Origin: Ilumatobacteraceae bacterium
GTDB taxonomy: Bacteria; Actinomycetota; Acidimicrobiia; Acidimicrobiales; Ilumatobacteraceae
Assembly (NCBI GenBank): GCA_964228515.1
Contig: CAXRBC010000053.1
Span: forward strand, 1 to 29,486
Direction: 5' to 3'
Length of the DNA: 29,486 nucleotides
The position numbers were made by a program, and so were the translations under genes. Below, piece after piece: positions 10,092 to 19,165 of this stretch. Position 1 is the stretch's first letter, and each line of letters opens with the position of its first letter. The notes beneath the pieces are model-generated. The model was not told the origin of the DNA and did not search any database. It was given only the letters and a program-made list of their open reading frames with translations.

Positions 10092-11789
10092 ATGGCGTTT
10101 CCTTCCGACCTCGAGATCGCGCGCAAGGGCACGCCCCTCCCGCTCACCGACATCGCCTCGCAGATGGGCATCGGCGCCGAGCACATCGAGCCCTACGGCA
10201 AGAGCCTCGCGAAGATCAGCCTCGACGCGATCGACGCGCTGAAGTCGCGCCCGCGCGCGAAGTACGTGGTGGTGACGGCGATCACCCCGACCCCCCTCGG
10301 CGAGGGCAAGACCACGACGACCGTCGGACTCGGTCAGGCCATGAAGCACATCGGCAAGCGCTCGACGATCGCGCTTCGCCAGCCCAGCATGGGGCCGACC
10401 TTCGGCATCAAGGGCGGCGCCGCCGGCGGCGGGTACAGCCAGGTCATCCCGATGGAGCTGCTCAACCTGCACCTCACCGGCGACTTCCACGCCGTGACGG
10501 CGGCGCACAACCTCCTGTCGGCGATGGTGGACAACCACCTGCACCAGGGCAACGAGCTGCGCCTCGACCTGCACAACATCACCTGGCGCCGCGTCCTCGA
10601 CGTCAACGACCGCGCGCTGCGCAACGTGGTGATCGGCATGGGCACCAAGGAGGACGGCGTGGTGCGCCAGACGGGCTTCGACATCACCGCGGCCTCCGAG
10701 GTGATGGCGATCCTGGCGCTCGCGACCGGCATGGACGACCTGCGGGCGCGCCTCGGGCGCATCGTCGTGGGCTACGACGAGGACGGCAGGCCCGTGACGG
10801 CCGAGCAGCTGCAGGGCGCCGGCTCGATGGCGGTCATCATGCGCGAGGCGATCAAGCCCAACCTCCTGCAGACGCTCGAGAACACCCCGGTGATCGTGCA
10901 CGCCGGCCCGTTCGGCAACATCGCGCACGGCAACTCCTCGATCGTCGCCGACCTGATCGGCATCCACACCGCGGACTACCTCATCACCGAGGCGGGCTTC
11001 GGGGCCGACATGGGGGCCGAGCGCTTCTTCAACATCAAGTGCCGCAACTCGGGCCTGCGCCCCGACGCCGCCGTGCTCGTGGCGACCGTGCGGGCCCTCA
11101 AGGCGCACTCGGGCAAGTACAAGATCGTCGCCGGCAAGCCCCTGCCCGAGGACCTGCTCAAGGAGAACCCGGGCGACGTCGAGGCCGGCGCGGCCAACCT
11201 CGTCAAGCAGATCGAGAACGTCAAGGCGCACGGCGTGTCGCCCGTCGTGGCGATCAACGCCTTCCCGACCGACCACGCCTCGGAGCACGAGGCGATCCGC
11301 CGCGTCGCCGAGTCGGCCGGCGCGCGCGTCGCCGTGTGCACGCACTTCGCCGACGGCGGCAAGGGCGCGACCGACCTGGCCCGCGCCGTGGTGGAGGCCT
11401 GCAACGAGCCGAGCGGGTTCCACTTCCTCTACCCGGACGAGGCGCCGCTGAAGGAGAAGATCGAGAAGGTCGCGACGACGATCTACGGCGCCGCCAAGGT
11501 CGAGTACACCTCGACGGCCAACAAGCAGTTGAAGACCTACACCGACAACGGGTTCGCCCGCCTGCCCGTGTGCATCGCCAAGACGCACCTGTCCATCTCG
11601 GGCGACCCGTCGCTGCGCGGCGCGCCGACGGGCCACACGCTCACGGTGCGCGAGGTGCGCGCGTCGGTCGGCGCGGGCTTCGTGTACCCGATCTGCGGCG
11701 ACATGCGCACGATGCCGGGCCTCGGCACCAAGCCCGCGGCGCAGATCATCGACTTCGACGAGCGCGGCGAGATCGTCGGGCTCTCCTAG
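10092..11789 (+). CDS. fhs: Formate-tetrahydrofolate ligase
   Basis: VTAITPTPLGEGKTTTTVGL, RQPSMGPTFGIKGGAAGGGYSQ, HAGPFGNIAHG, EAGFGADMGAERF, CIAKTHLS, MPGLG. Confidence 0.98.
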   Translation: MAFPSDLEIARKGTPLPLTDIASQMGIGAEHIEPYGKSLAKISLDAIDALKSRPRAKYVVVTAITPTPLGEGKTTTTVGLGQAMKHIGKRSTIALRQPSMGPTFGIKGGAAGGGYSQVIPMELLNLHLTGDFHAVTAAHNLLSAMVDNHLHQGNELRLDLHNITWRRVLDVNDRALRNVVIGMGTKEDGVVRQTGFDITAASEVMAILALATGMDDLRARLGRIVVGYDEDGRPVTAEQLQGAGSMAVIMREAIKPNLLQTLENTPVIVHAGPFGNIAHGNSSIVADLIGIHTADYLITEAGFGADMGAERFFNIKCRNSGLRPDAAVLVATVRALKAHSGKYKIVAGKPLPEDLLKENPGDVEAGAANLVKQIENVKAHGVSPVVAINAFPTDHASEHEAIRRVAESAGARVAVCTHFADGGKGATDLARAVVEACNEPSGFHFLYPDEAPLKEKIEKVATTIYGAAKVEYTSTANKQLKTYTDNGFARLPVCIAKTHLSISGDPSLRGAPTGHTLTVREVRASVGAGFVYPICGDMRTMPGLGTKPAAQIIDFDERGEIVGLS

Positions 11790-11799
11790 CCTCGCGGCG

Positions 11800-12690
11800 A
11801 TGACCGGCGACCTCGCGCGCACCCGCACGCCCGGCGGCGCACTGCTGCTGGACGGCGTCGCGCTGCGCGACGCCACGGTGGCGCGGCTGCGACGCGAGGT
11901 CGAGGCGGCGGGTTCGCCCCCCGTGTGCCTCGCCACCGTGCTCGTCGGCGACGACGCCCCGAGCAGGATCTACGTGGCGAGCAAGCACAAGAAGGCCCAG
12001 GAGGCCGGCATGGTCTCGCGCGGCGTCGAGCTGCCGGGCTCGGCCTCGCAGTCGCAGGTGCACGATGCGGTCGGCGCGCTCGTGGCGGACCCCGGCGTGC
12101 ACGGCATCCTCGTGCAGCTGCCGCTGCCGAAGCACGTCGACGCCGAGGACGTGCTGGGCCTGCTCCCGATGGAGAAGGACGTCGACGGCCTCACCGAGCG
12201 CTCGCTCGGTCGGCTCGTGCGCGGCCTCCCGGGACACGTGCCCTGCACCCCGCTCGGAGTGATCCGCCTGCTCGAGGCCTACGGGATCGCGACCGAGGGC
12301 CGCCGCGCCGTCGTGATCGGCCGATCCGCGCTCGTGGGGCTGCCGCAGATGCTGCTGCTCGGCCGACGCGGGGTCGACGCCACGGTGACGCTCGCCCACA
12401 AGTTCACCGGCGACATGGAGGCCATCTGCCGCGAGGCCGACATCGTCGTGGCCGCCGCGGGCGCGGCGCGGCTCGTGGGCGCCCGCCACGTGAAGCCGGG
12501 TGCGACGGTGATCGACGTCGGCGTCACGCGAGTCGACGGGAAGATCGTGGGTGACGTCGACTTCGACGCCGTCCAGGCGGTGGCGGGGGCGATCACGCCG
12601 ATGCCGGGCGGGACCGGTCCGATGACCATCGCGTGCCTGCTGGAGAACACGCTGGCCGCGGCGCGGATGCTCGGCGCGTTCCCCGCGTGA
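11800..12690 (+). CDS. folD: Methylene-THF dehydrogenase / methenyl-THF cyclohydrolase
   Basis: [53 protein letters not shown]. Confidence 0.97.
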   Translation: MTGDLARTRTPGGALLLDGVALRDATVARLRREVEAAGSPPVCLATVLVGDDAPSRIYVASKHKKAQEAGMVSRGVELPGSASQSQVHDAVGALVADPGVHGILVQLPLPKHVDAEDVLGLLPMEKDVDGLTERSLGRLVRGLPGHVPCTPLGVIRLLEAYGIATEGRRAVVIGRSALVGLPQMLLLGRRGVDATVTLAHKFTGDMEAICREADIVVAAAGAARLVGARHVKPGATVIDVGVTRVDGKIVGDVDFDAVQAVAGAITPMPGGTGPMTIACLLENTLAAARMLGAFPA

Positions 12691-12721
12691 GCGACGCCCG
12701 GCCGGTCGTGCGCGACGGCCG

Positions 12722-14371
12722 ATGAGCGACGACGTCGACTTCCTCATCGTCGGCGGTGGGTCGGCCGGCTGCGCCCTGGCCAATCGCCTGAGCGCCGATC
12801 CGTCGACGCGCGTCGTCGTGCTCGAGGCCGGCCGGCGCGACTGGAAGTGGGACGTGTTCATCCACATGCCGGCCGCGCTGACCTTCCCCATCGGCAGCCG
12901 CCTCTACGACTGGATGTACGTGACCGAGCCCGAGCCCCACATGCACGGCCGGCGCATCACGCAGGGGCGCGGCAAGGTGCTCGGCGGCTCCTCGAGCATC
13001 AACGGGATGATCTTCCAGCGGGGCAACCCCATGGACTACGAGCGCTGGGCCGCCGACCCGGGCATGGAGACGTGGGACTACGCCCACTGCCTCCCGTACT
13101 TCAAGCGCATGGAGGACTGCCTCGCCGCGGACCCCGACGATCCGTACCGCGGCAAGGGTGGTCCGCTCGCCATGGAGCGCGGGCCGGTCACCAACCCGCT
13201 GTTCGACGCGTTCTTCGAGGCCGTGCAGCAGGCGGGGCATCCGCTGACCGACGACGTCAACGGTCATCGGCAGGAGGGCTTCGCCGCCTTCGATCGCAAC
13301 CTGCGCCGCGGGCGCCGGCTGAGCGCGGCGCGCGCGTACCTGCACCCCGTGCTGCACCGGCCCAACCTCGAGGTGCGCACGCTCGCCCTCGTCACGCAGC
13401 TCATCGTGGAGGGCGGGCGCGTCGTCGGCGCGCACTACGACCAGCCGGGGCGCCGCCGCCGCACGGTGCGCGCGCGGGAGGTGGTGCTCTGCGGCGGCGC
13501 ATTCAACAGCCCGCAGCTGCTGCAGGTCTCGGGCATCGGCAACGAGGCGTGGCTCCGCGACGCCGGCATCCCGGTGCGCCACCACCTGCCCGCCGTCGGC
13601 GCGCACCTGCAGGACCACCTCGAGGTCTACGTGCAGCACGCGTGCACGCAGCCCGTGTCGCTCAACCCGATGCTCAAGTGGCGGTACCGCCCGTGGATCG
13701 GTCTGCAGTGGCTCGCGCGGCGCGGCCCAGGCGCCTCCAACCACTTCGAGGGCGGCGGCTTCATCCGCAGCAACGACGAGGTGCGCTACCCCAACCTCAT
13801 GTTCCACTTCCTCCCGATCGCGGTGCGCTACGACGGCACCGCGCCGGCCGGCGGCCACGGCTACCAGGTGCACATCGGGCCGATGTACTCCAACTCCCGC
13901 GGCACCGTGCGCGTGGCGTCGCCCGACGTGCGCGTGAAGCCACGGATCTCGATGAACTACCTCTCGACCGAGGAGGACCGGCGGGAGTGGGTGGAGGCGA
14001 TCGCGGCGGCGCGCACGATCCTGGCCCAGCCCGCGTTCGCCCCCTTCGACGGCGGCGAGATCTCGCCCGGGCCCGCGGTGCGCAGCGATGCGGACGTGCT
14101 CGAGTGGGTGCGTCGCGACGGCGAGACCGCCTACCACCCCTCGTGCACGTGCCGCATGGGCACCGACGCCGACTCGGTCGTCGACCCCCGCACCATGCGG
14201 GTGCACGGTCTGGAGGGCCTGCGCGTCGTCGACGCCTCGGCGATGCGCTATGTCACGAACGGCAACATCTACGCCCCGGTGATGATGATGGCCGAGAAGG
14301 CCGCCGACCTGATCCTCGGCAACACCCCGCTCGCGCCCGAGACCGTGCCGTGGTACCGGCGCGGCCACTGA
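12722..14371 (+). CDS. betA: Choline dehydrogenase (GMC oxidoreductase)
   Basis: [81 protein letters not shown]; BetA-typical C-terminus. Confidence 0.93.
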   Translation: MSDDVDFLIVGGGSAGCALANRLSADPSTRVVVLEAGRRDWKWDVFIHMPAALTFPIGSRLYDWMYVTEPEPHMHGRRITQGRGKVLGGSSSINGMIFQRGNPMDYERWAADPGMETWDYAHCLPYFKRMEDCLAADPDDPYRGKGGPLAMERGPVTNPLFDAFFEAVQQAGHPLTDDVNGHRQEGFAAFDRNLRRGRRLSAARAYLHPVLHRPNLEVRTLALVTQLIVEGGRVVGAHYDQPGRRRRTVRAREVVLCGGAFNSPQLLQVSGIGNEAWLRDAGIPVRHHLPAVGAHLQDHLEVYVQHACTQPVSLNPMLKWRYRPWIGLQWLARRGPGASNHFEGGGFIRSNDEVRYPNLMFHFLPIAVRYDGTAPAGGHGYQVHIGPMYSNSRGTVRVASPDVRVKPRISMNYLSTEEDRREWVEAIAAARTILAQPAFAPFDGGEISPGPAVRSDADVLEWVRRDGETAYHPSCTCRMGTDADSVVDPRTMRVHGLEGLRVVDASAMRYVTNGNIYAPVMMMAEKAADLILGNTPLAPETVPWYRRGH

Positions 14372-14385
14372 TAGCGTCTCGCGCC

Positions 14386-15105
14386 GTGTCCGACGCAGGC
14401 GGCGAGCTCGATCTCGCGACGCTCGGCGACGAGGACCTCGTCGCCCAGATGCACGACGATCTCTACGACGGCCTGGGGCCCGAGATCGTCGAGGGCACGA
14501 CCATCCTGCTCGACCGTGGCTGGTCCGCGGACAAGGTGCTGCAGGAGGCCCTCGTCGAGGGCATGCGCATCGTCGGCATCGACTTCCGCGACGGCATCCT
14601 CTTCGTGCCGGAGGTGCTGCTGTCCGCCAACGCGATGAAGGCCGGGATGGAGCTCCTCCGGCCGCTGCTCGCCGAGACCGGCGCCGAGCCGATCGGCAAG
14701 GTCGTGATCGGCACCGTCAAGGGCGACATCCACGACATCGGCAAGAACCTGGTGGCGATGATGCTCGAGGGTGCGGGCTTCGAGGTCGTCGACCTCGGCA
14801 TCAACACCGACGTCACCAAGTACCTCGAGGCGCTCGAACAGCACAAGCCCGACATCCTCGGGATGTCCGCGCTGCTCACCACGACGATGCCGTACATGAA
14901 GGTCGTCATCGACACGATGAAGGAGAAGGGCCTGCGCGACAAGTACATCGTGCTCGTCGGCGGCGCGCCGCTCAACGAGGAGTTCGGTCAGGCGGTCGGC
15001 GCCGACGCGTACTGTCGCGATGCCGCGATCGCCGCCGAGACGGCCAAGCGTCTCGTCGCCGCCAAGCGCGGCAAGGCCGAGCCGCCCGGCCCCTCCGTCG
15101 CCTGA
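14386..15105 (+). CDS. Stand-alone corrinoid (B12-binding) protein, cap plus Rossmann domains (MtgC / MetH B12 module)
   Basis: From GTG 14386: FRDGILFVPEVLLSANAM cap; GTVKGDIHDIGKNLV (DxHxxG base-off motif); MSALLTTT; LVGGAP. Confidence 0.93.
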   Translation: MSDAGGELDLATLGDEDLVAQMHDDLYDGLGPEIVEGTTILLDRGWSADKVLQEALVEGMRIVGIDFRDGILFVPEVLLSANAMKAGMELLRPLLAETGAEPIGKVVIGTVKGDIHDIGKNLVAMMLEGAGFEVVDLGINTDVTKYLEALEQHKPDILGMSALLTTTMPYMKVVIDTMKEKGLRDKYIVLVGGAPLNEEFGQAVGADAYCRDAAIAAETAKRLVAAKRGKAEPPGPSVA

Positions 15106-15130
15106 CCCCCAGGGTCCCCGCGGACCCCGC

Positions 15131-15733
15131 ATGTCGCCAGACCGTCGTCCGCTCGTCATCGCCTGCGGCGCGCTCGTCTCGGAGTTGCGCGCGGTCCTCG
15201 GGCGTGCCGCGGAGGACGCGATGGAGATCGTGTGGCTGCCGGCCAACCTGCACAACAGGCCAGAGCGCATCGCGCCCGAGGTCGACGCCGTGCTCTCGCG
15301 CCGCGGCGACCGACCGACGTTCGTCGCGTACGCCGACTGCGGCACCGGCGGCGCCCTCGACGCGGTGATCGCGCGACACGAGGGCGTGCGACGCCTGCCG
15401 GGCGCCCACTGCTACGAGTTCTTCGCCGGCCCCGCGGTCTTCGCGCGCCTGCACGAGGAGGAGCTCGGCACCTTCTACCTCACCGACTTCCTCGCCAAGC
15501 ACTTCGACGCGCTCGTCTGGCAGGGACTCGGGCTCGACGAGCACCCCGCCCTGAGGGAGCAGTACTTCGGCAACTATCGTCGCGTCGTGCTGCTGAGCCA
15601 GTCAGAGGATCGGCACGTCGTCGACGCGGCGCGCGCGGCCGCCGCGAGGCTCGGCCTCGAGTTCGTGCACGTGCACACGGGGCTCGGCGAGTTCGCCGAG
15701 GCCGTGCCCGTCGCGCTGCGGGCGCGCGGCTAG
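15131..15733 (+). CDS. DUF1638-family protein
   Basis: VIACGAL, LPANLHNRPERI, YADCGTGG, GAHCYEFFAG, GTFYLTDFL, YFGNY recognised as DUF1638; start at ATG 15131. Confidence 0.75.
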   Translation: MSPDRRPLVIACGALVSELRAVLGRAAEDAMEIVWLPANLHNRPERIAPEVDAVLSRRGDRPTFVAYADCGTGGALDAVIARHEGVRRLPGAHCYEFFAGPAVFARLHEEELGTFYLTDFLAKHFDALVWQGLGLDEHPALREQYFGNYRRVVLLSQSEDRHVVDAARAAAARLGLEFVHVHTGLGEFAEAVPVALRARG

Positions 15734-15748
15734 GCGCGCCCGGACCCC

Positions 15749-16144
15749 ATGCCGCGCAACGCGAGCGAGGTCGTGGTCATCTATTGGCGCGACATCCCGG
15801 CGCAGGTCAACGCGCAGCAGGGCCGCGACCGTCGTCAGGTCGTGTTGGGCGCCAAGTTCGCGCGTGCGATCGACCGCGCGAAGCGCAAGGCGCACATCGA
15901 CACCGCGCACGAGGACGTGGCGCAGTGGCGCCGGGTGAGCGTGCCGCTCGAGGGCTCGCTCGACGACGCCGCGCACCGCGAGGCCGCCCGCCTGGAGGTG
16001 GACTACCCTCGGGAACGCCTCGGCAAGCTCGCCTACGCGGGCGGCTGGGAGAAGGACGTGGAGGACGGGCCGGTCGACGCCGCCGAGCTCGCGGCCCTCG
16101 AAGAGTTGGACGACACCGAAGACGACAGCGAAAGGGACGAGTGA
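15749..16144 (+). CDS. Small PF13769 ('virulence factor' family)-like protein with acidic C-terminal tail
   Basis: VIYWRDIPAQV, FARAIDRA, QWRR motifs recognised from memory; 131 aa. Confidence 0.65.
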   Translation: MPRNASEVVVIYWRDIPAQVNAQQGRDRRQVVLGAKFARAIDRAKRKAHIDTAHEDVAQWRRVSVPLEGSLDDAAHREAARLEVDYPRERLGKLAYAGGWEKDVEDGPVDAAELAALEELDDTEDDSERDE

Positions 16145-16151
16145 CCGCGCC

Positions 16152-17072
16152 ATGACCGAGACCCTGGTGTCCTCCGCGACGCGCGAGGTGGTGATCGGCT
16201 TCGACCGACCGTTCGTGATGATCGGCGAGCGCATCAACCCGACGGGCCGCAAGCTGCTCGCCGAGGAGATGAAGAACGGCGACTTCTCGCGCGTCGAGGC
16301 CGACGCCCGCGCGCAGGTGGAGGCCGGCGCCCACATGCTGGACGTCAACGCGGGCATCCCGCTCGCCGACGAGCCCGCCCTGCTGGCGCGGGCGGTCGAG
16401 CTCGTGCAGTCCGTGACCGACGTCCCCCTGTCGATCGACTCGTCGATCGTGGCGGCGCTCGAGGCCGGGCTCCGGGTCTACAAGGGCAAGGCGCTGCTCA
16501 ACTCGGTGACGGGGGAGGAGGAGCGCCTCGAGGCCGTGCTGCCGCTCGTCAAGAAGTACGGCGCGGCGGTGGTCGCGATCTCCAACGACGAGACCGGCAT
16601 CAGCATGGACCCCGACGTCCGCTTCGCGGTGGCCAAGAAGATCGTGGAGCGCGCGGCCGACCACGGCATCCCGTCCAGCGACGTGGTGGTGGACCCGCTC
16701 GTGATGCCGATCGGCGCGCTCGGCGACGCGGGACGCAGCGCGTTCCGCCTCATCAGGCGCCTGCGCGAGGAGCTGCGGGTCAACACGACCTGCGGGGCGT
16801 CCAACGTGAGTTTCGGCATCCCGGGCCGCAACCAGATCACCGGGACGTTCCTCGCGATGGCGGCCGGTGCCGGCATGACGTCCGCGATCATGAACCCCCT
16901 GCACCCCGAGGTGAAGACCATGGTGATGGCCGCAGACGTGCTGACGGGCAACGACAAGGACTGCATGGCGTGGATCCGCGCGAACCGCGACCCCAACGAG
17001 CCCGCGGGTGCGCGCGGCGGTCGCGAGGGTCGCGAGGGGCGCCGCCGCGCCCGACAGGCGCCGCAGGGCTGA
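16152..17072 (+). CDS. Methyltetrahydrofolate:corrinoid methyltransferase (pterin-binding, AcsE/MtgA/MetH folate domain)
   Basis: MIGERINPTGRK, QVEAGAHMLDVNAG, PLSIDSS, LLNSVTGE, VVDPLVMPI, CGASNVSFG, AIMNP. Confidence 0.92.
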   Translation: MTETLVSSATREVVIGFDRPFVMIGERINPTGRKLLAEEMKNGDFSRVEADARAQVEAGAHMLDVNAGIPLADEPALLARAVELVQSVTDVPLSIDSSIVAALEAGLRVYKGKALLNSVTGEEERLEAVLPLVKKYGAAVVAISNDETGISMDPDVRFAVAKKIVERAADHGIPSSDVVVDPLVMPIGALGDAGRSAFRLIRRLREELRVNTTCGASNVSFGIPGRNQITGTFLAMAAGAGMTSAIMNPLHPEVKTMVMAADVLTGNDKDCMAWIRANRDPNEPAGARGGREGREGRRRARQAPQG

Positions 17073-17114
17073 GCCCGACGCCGCGCCGGCGCGCGCGGCG
17101 AGAATGAGGGGACC

Positions 17115-19142
17115 ATGACCCACCGCGTCGTCTTCACGCCGTCGGGTCTCGACGCCCGGGTCGAGTCGGGCACCACCGTCCTCGACGCCGCGCGCAGGCT
17201 CGGCGTCGACGTCGACTCGGTCTGCGGCGGCCGCGGCATCTGCGGCCGGTGCCAGATCACGCCCAGCGTCGGGGCGTTCGCCAAGTGGGGGATCACCGCG
17301 TCCCCCGACGCGCTGAGCGCGCCGGGGGAGACCGAGACGGCCTACCGCGGCAAGCGCCCGCTCGCGCCGGGCAACCGGCTCGGCTGCGCCGCGCGCATCC
17401 AGGGCGACTGCGTCATCGACGTGCCGGCCTCGAGCCAGGTGCACCGTCAGGTGGTGCGCAAGGACCTGGACCTCGCGTCGTTCGCCGTCGACCCGCTCCA
17501 CTCGCTGCTGTACGTGACGGTGCCCGCGGCGCAACTCGGCGACGGCACGACCGCTGCCGACGCGCTGCGCCGGGCCGTGGCCACCCAGCACGCACGACCC
17601 GAGCCCCTCGTGTCGCGGCGCGCGCTGCGCGTGGTGCACGAGGCGCTCACCCGCGGGGAGGGCGAGGCGACGGTCGCGCTGCGGCACGGGCACTCCGCGC
17701 GGGGCGGCGGCGACGAGATCGTGGCGGCGTGGCCCGGCTTCGTGGACCGCGCGTACGGCATCGCGGTCGACGTGGGCTCCACCACGGTGGCGGGGCACCT
17801 CTGCGAGCTCTTCACGGGCGAGGTGGTCGCGAGCGGCGGCGTGATGAACCCGCAGATCCGATTCGGCGAGGACCTGATGAGCCGCGTGTCGTACGTGATG
17901 ATGAACCCGGGCGGCGCCGAGGAGCTCACGCGCGCCATCCGCGGCGCGCTCGACGGGCTGGTCGGCGACCTGTGCGCCCGCGCCGACGTGCCGCGGGATC
18001 GAGTGCTCGACGTCTCGATCGTGGGCAACCCGATCATGCACCACGTCGTGCTCGGCATCGACCCGACGCCGCTCGGCCAGGCGCCGTTCGTCCTCGCCAC
18101 CGACGAGTCGGTGACGGGATGGGCCTCCGAGGTGGGCATCGACCTGCCCTTTGCGCACGTGTACCTCGGGCCGTGCATCGCGGGGCACGTCGGGGCCGAC
18201 ACGACCGCGGCGATGCTCGCCGAGGGGCCGCACCGCGGCGAGGCGATGCAGCTGCTCGTCGACGTGGGGACCAACGCCGAGATCGTCCTCGGCGATGCGC
18301 GGCGGCAGTTCGCGGCGTCGTCGCCGACGGGGCCGGCCTTCGAGGGCGCGCAGATCTCGGCCGGCCAGCGCGCGACGGCGGGCGCCATCGAGCACGTGCG
18401 CATCGACCGCGCCACCCTCGAGCCGCGGGTCAAGGTCATCGGCGCGCCGATGTGGAGCGACGAGCCGGGCTTCGACGAGGCCGTCGCGCGCACCGGAGTG
18501 ACGGGCATCTGCGGCTCGGGCATCATCGAGGTCGTCGCCGAGATGTACCTCTCGGGCGTCATCGGCGCGGACGGCGTGGTGGACGGCTCCCTCGCCTCGC
18601 GCTCGGCGCGCGTCGTGGCCGAGGACCGCACGTACTCCTACGTGCTCTGGGATCGCGGCGGCGTGCGCCTCGCCGTGACGCAGAACGACGTGCGTGCGAT
18701 CCAGCTCGCCAAGGCCGCGCTGCGCGCCGGCATCGACCTACTCGTCGAGCACGCCGGCTCGCCGCCGCTGTCCGACATCCGACTCGCCGGCGCGTTCGGC
18801 GCGCACATCGATCCCGTCTACGCGATGGTGCTGGGTCTCGTGCCCGACTGCCCCGTCGCGGGCGTGCGCAGCGTGGGCAACGCCGCCGGCGCCGGCGCGG
18901 TGCAGGCCCTGCTGTCGCGGGAGCGCCGGCGGGAGCTCGAGTCGCTCGCGCGGGCGGTGACCAAGATCGAGACCGCGACCGAACCGCGCTTCCAGGAGTT
19001 GTTCGTCGCCGCGATGGCCTTCCCCCACGCGAGCGCGCCGACCCCGCACCTCGCGGCCGCGATCGACCTCCCCGCGCGCGTCGAGCACGCCGACGGTCGA
19101 TCGGCCGACGCGGGTCGAGGCCGGCGCCGGCGCGCCCGGTAG
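17115..19142 (+). CDS. RACo/RamA-type ATP-dependent corrinoid reductive activator (2Fe-2S plus ASKHA/DUF4445)
   Basis: N-terminal ferredoxin VCGGRGICGRC..RLGC; AVDVGSTT, FGEDLMSRV, HVGAD, LVDVGTNAEIVLG, GPAFEG, GICGSG, LAGAFG, GNAAGAG. Confidence 0.92.
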   Translation: MTHRVVFTPSGLDARVESGTTVLDAARRLGVDVDSVCGGRGICGRCQITPSVGAFAKWGITASPDALSAPGETETAYRGKRPLAPGNRLGCAARIQGDCVIDVPASSQVHRQVVRKDLDLASFAVDPLHSLLYVTVPAAQLGDGTTAADALRRAVATQHARPEPLVSRRALRVVHEALTRGEGEATVALRHGHSARGGGDEIVAAWPGFVDRAYGIAVDVGSTTVAGHLCELFTGEVVASGGVMNPQIRFGEDLMSRVSYVMMNPGGAEELTRAIRGALDGLVGDLCARADVPRDRVLDVSIVGNPIMHHVVLGIDPTPLGQAPFVLATDESVTGWASEVGIDLPFAHVYLGPCIAGHVGADTTAAMLAEGPHRGEAMQLLVDVGTNAEIVLGDARRQFAASSPTGPAFEGAQISAGQRATAGAIEHVRIDRATLEPRVKVIGAPMWSDEPGFDEAVARTGVTGICGSGIIEVVAEMYLSGVIGADGVVDGSLASRSARVVAEDRTYSYVLWDRGGVRLAVTQNDVRAIQLAKAALRAGIDLLVEHAGSPPLSDIRLAGAFGAHIDPVYAMVLGLVPDCPVAGVRSVGNAAGAGAVQALLSRERRRELESLARAVTKIETATEPRFQELFVAAMAFPHASAPTPHLAAAIDLPARVEHADGRSADAGRGRRRRAR

Positions 19143-19165
19143 GCGATGGGTAGCGTGATCCGTCG

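Noticed and set aside
15749-16144. Virulence role implied by the family name
   Set aside because: The name is historical; there is no secretion signal or pathogenicity context, and the neighbourhood is purely C1/corrinoid.
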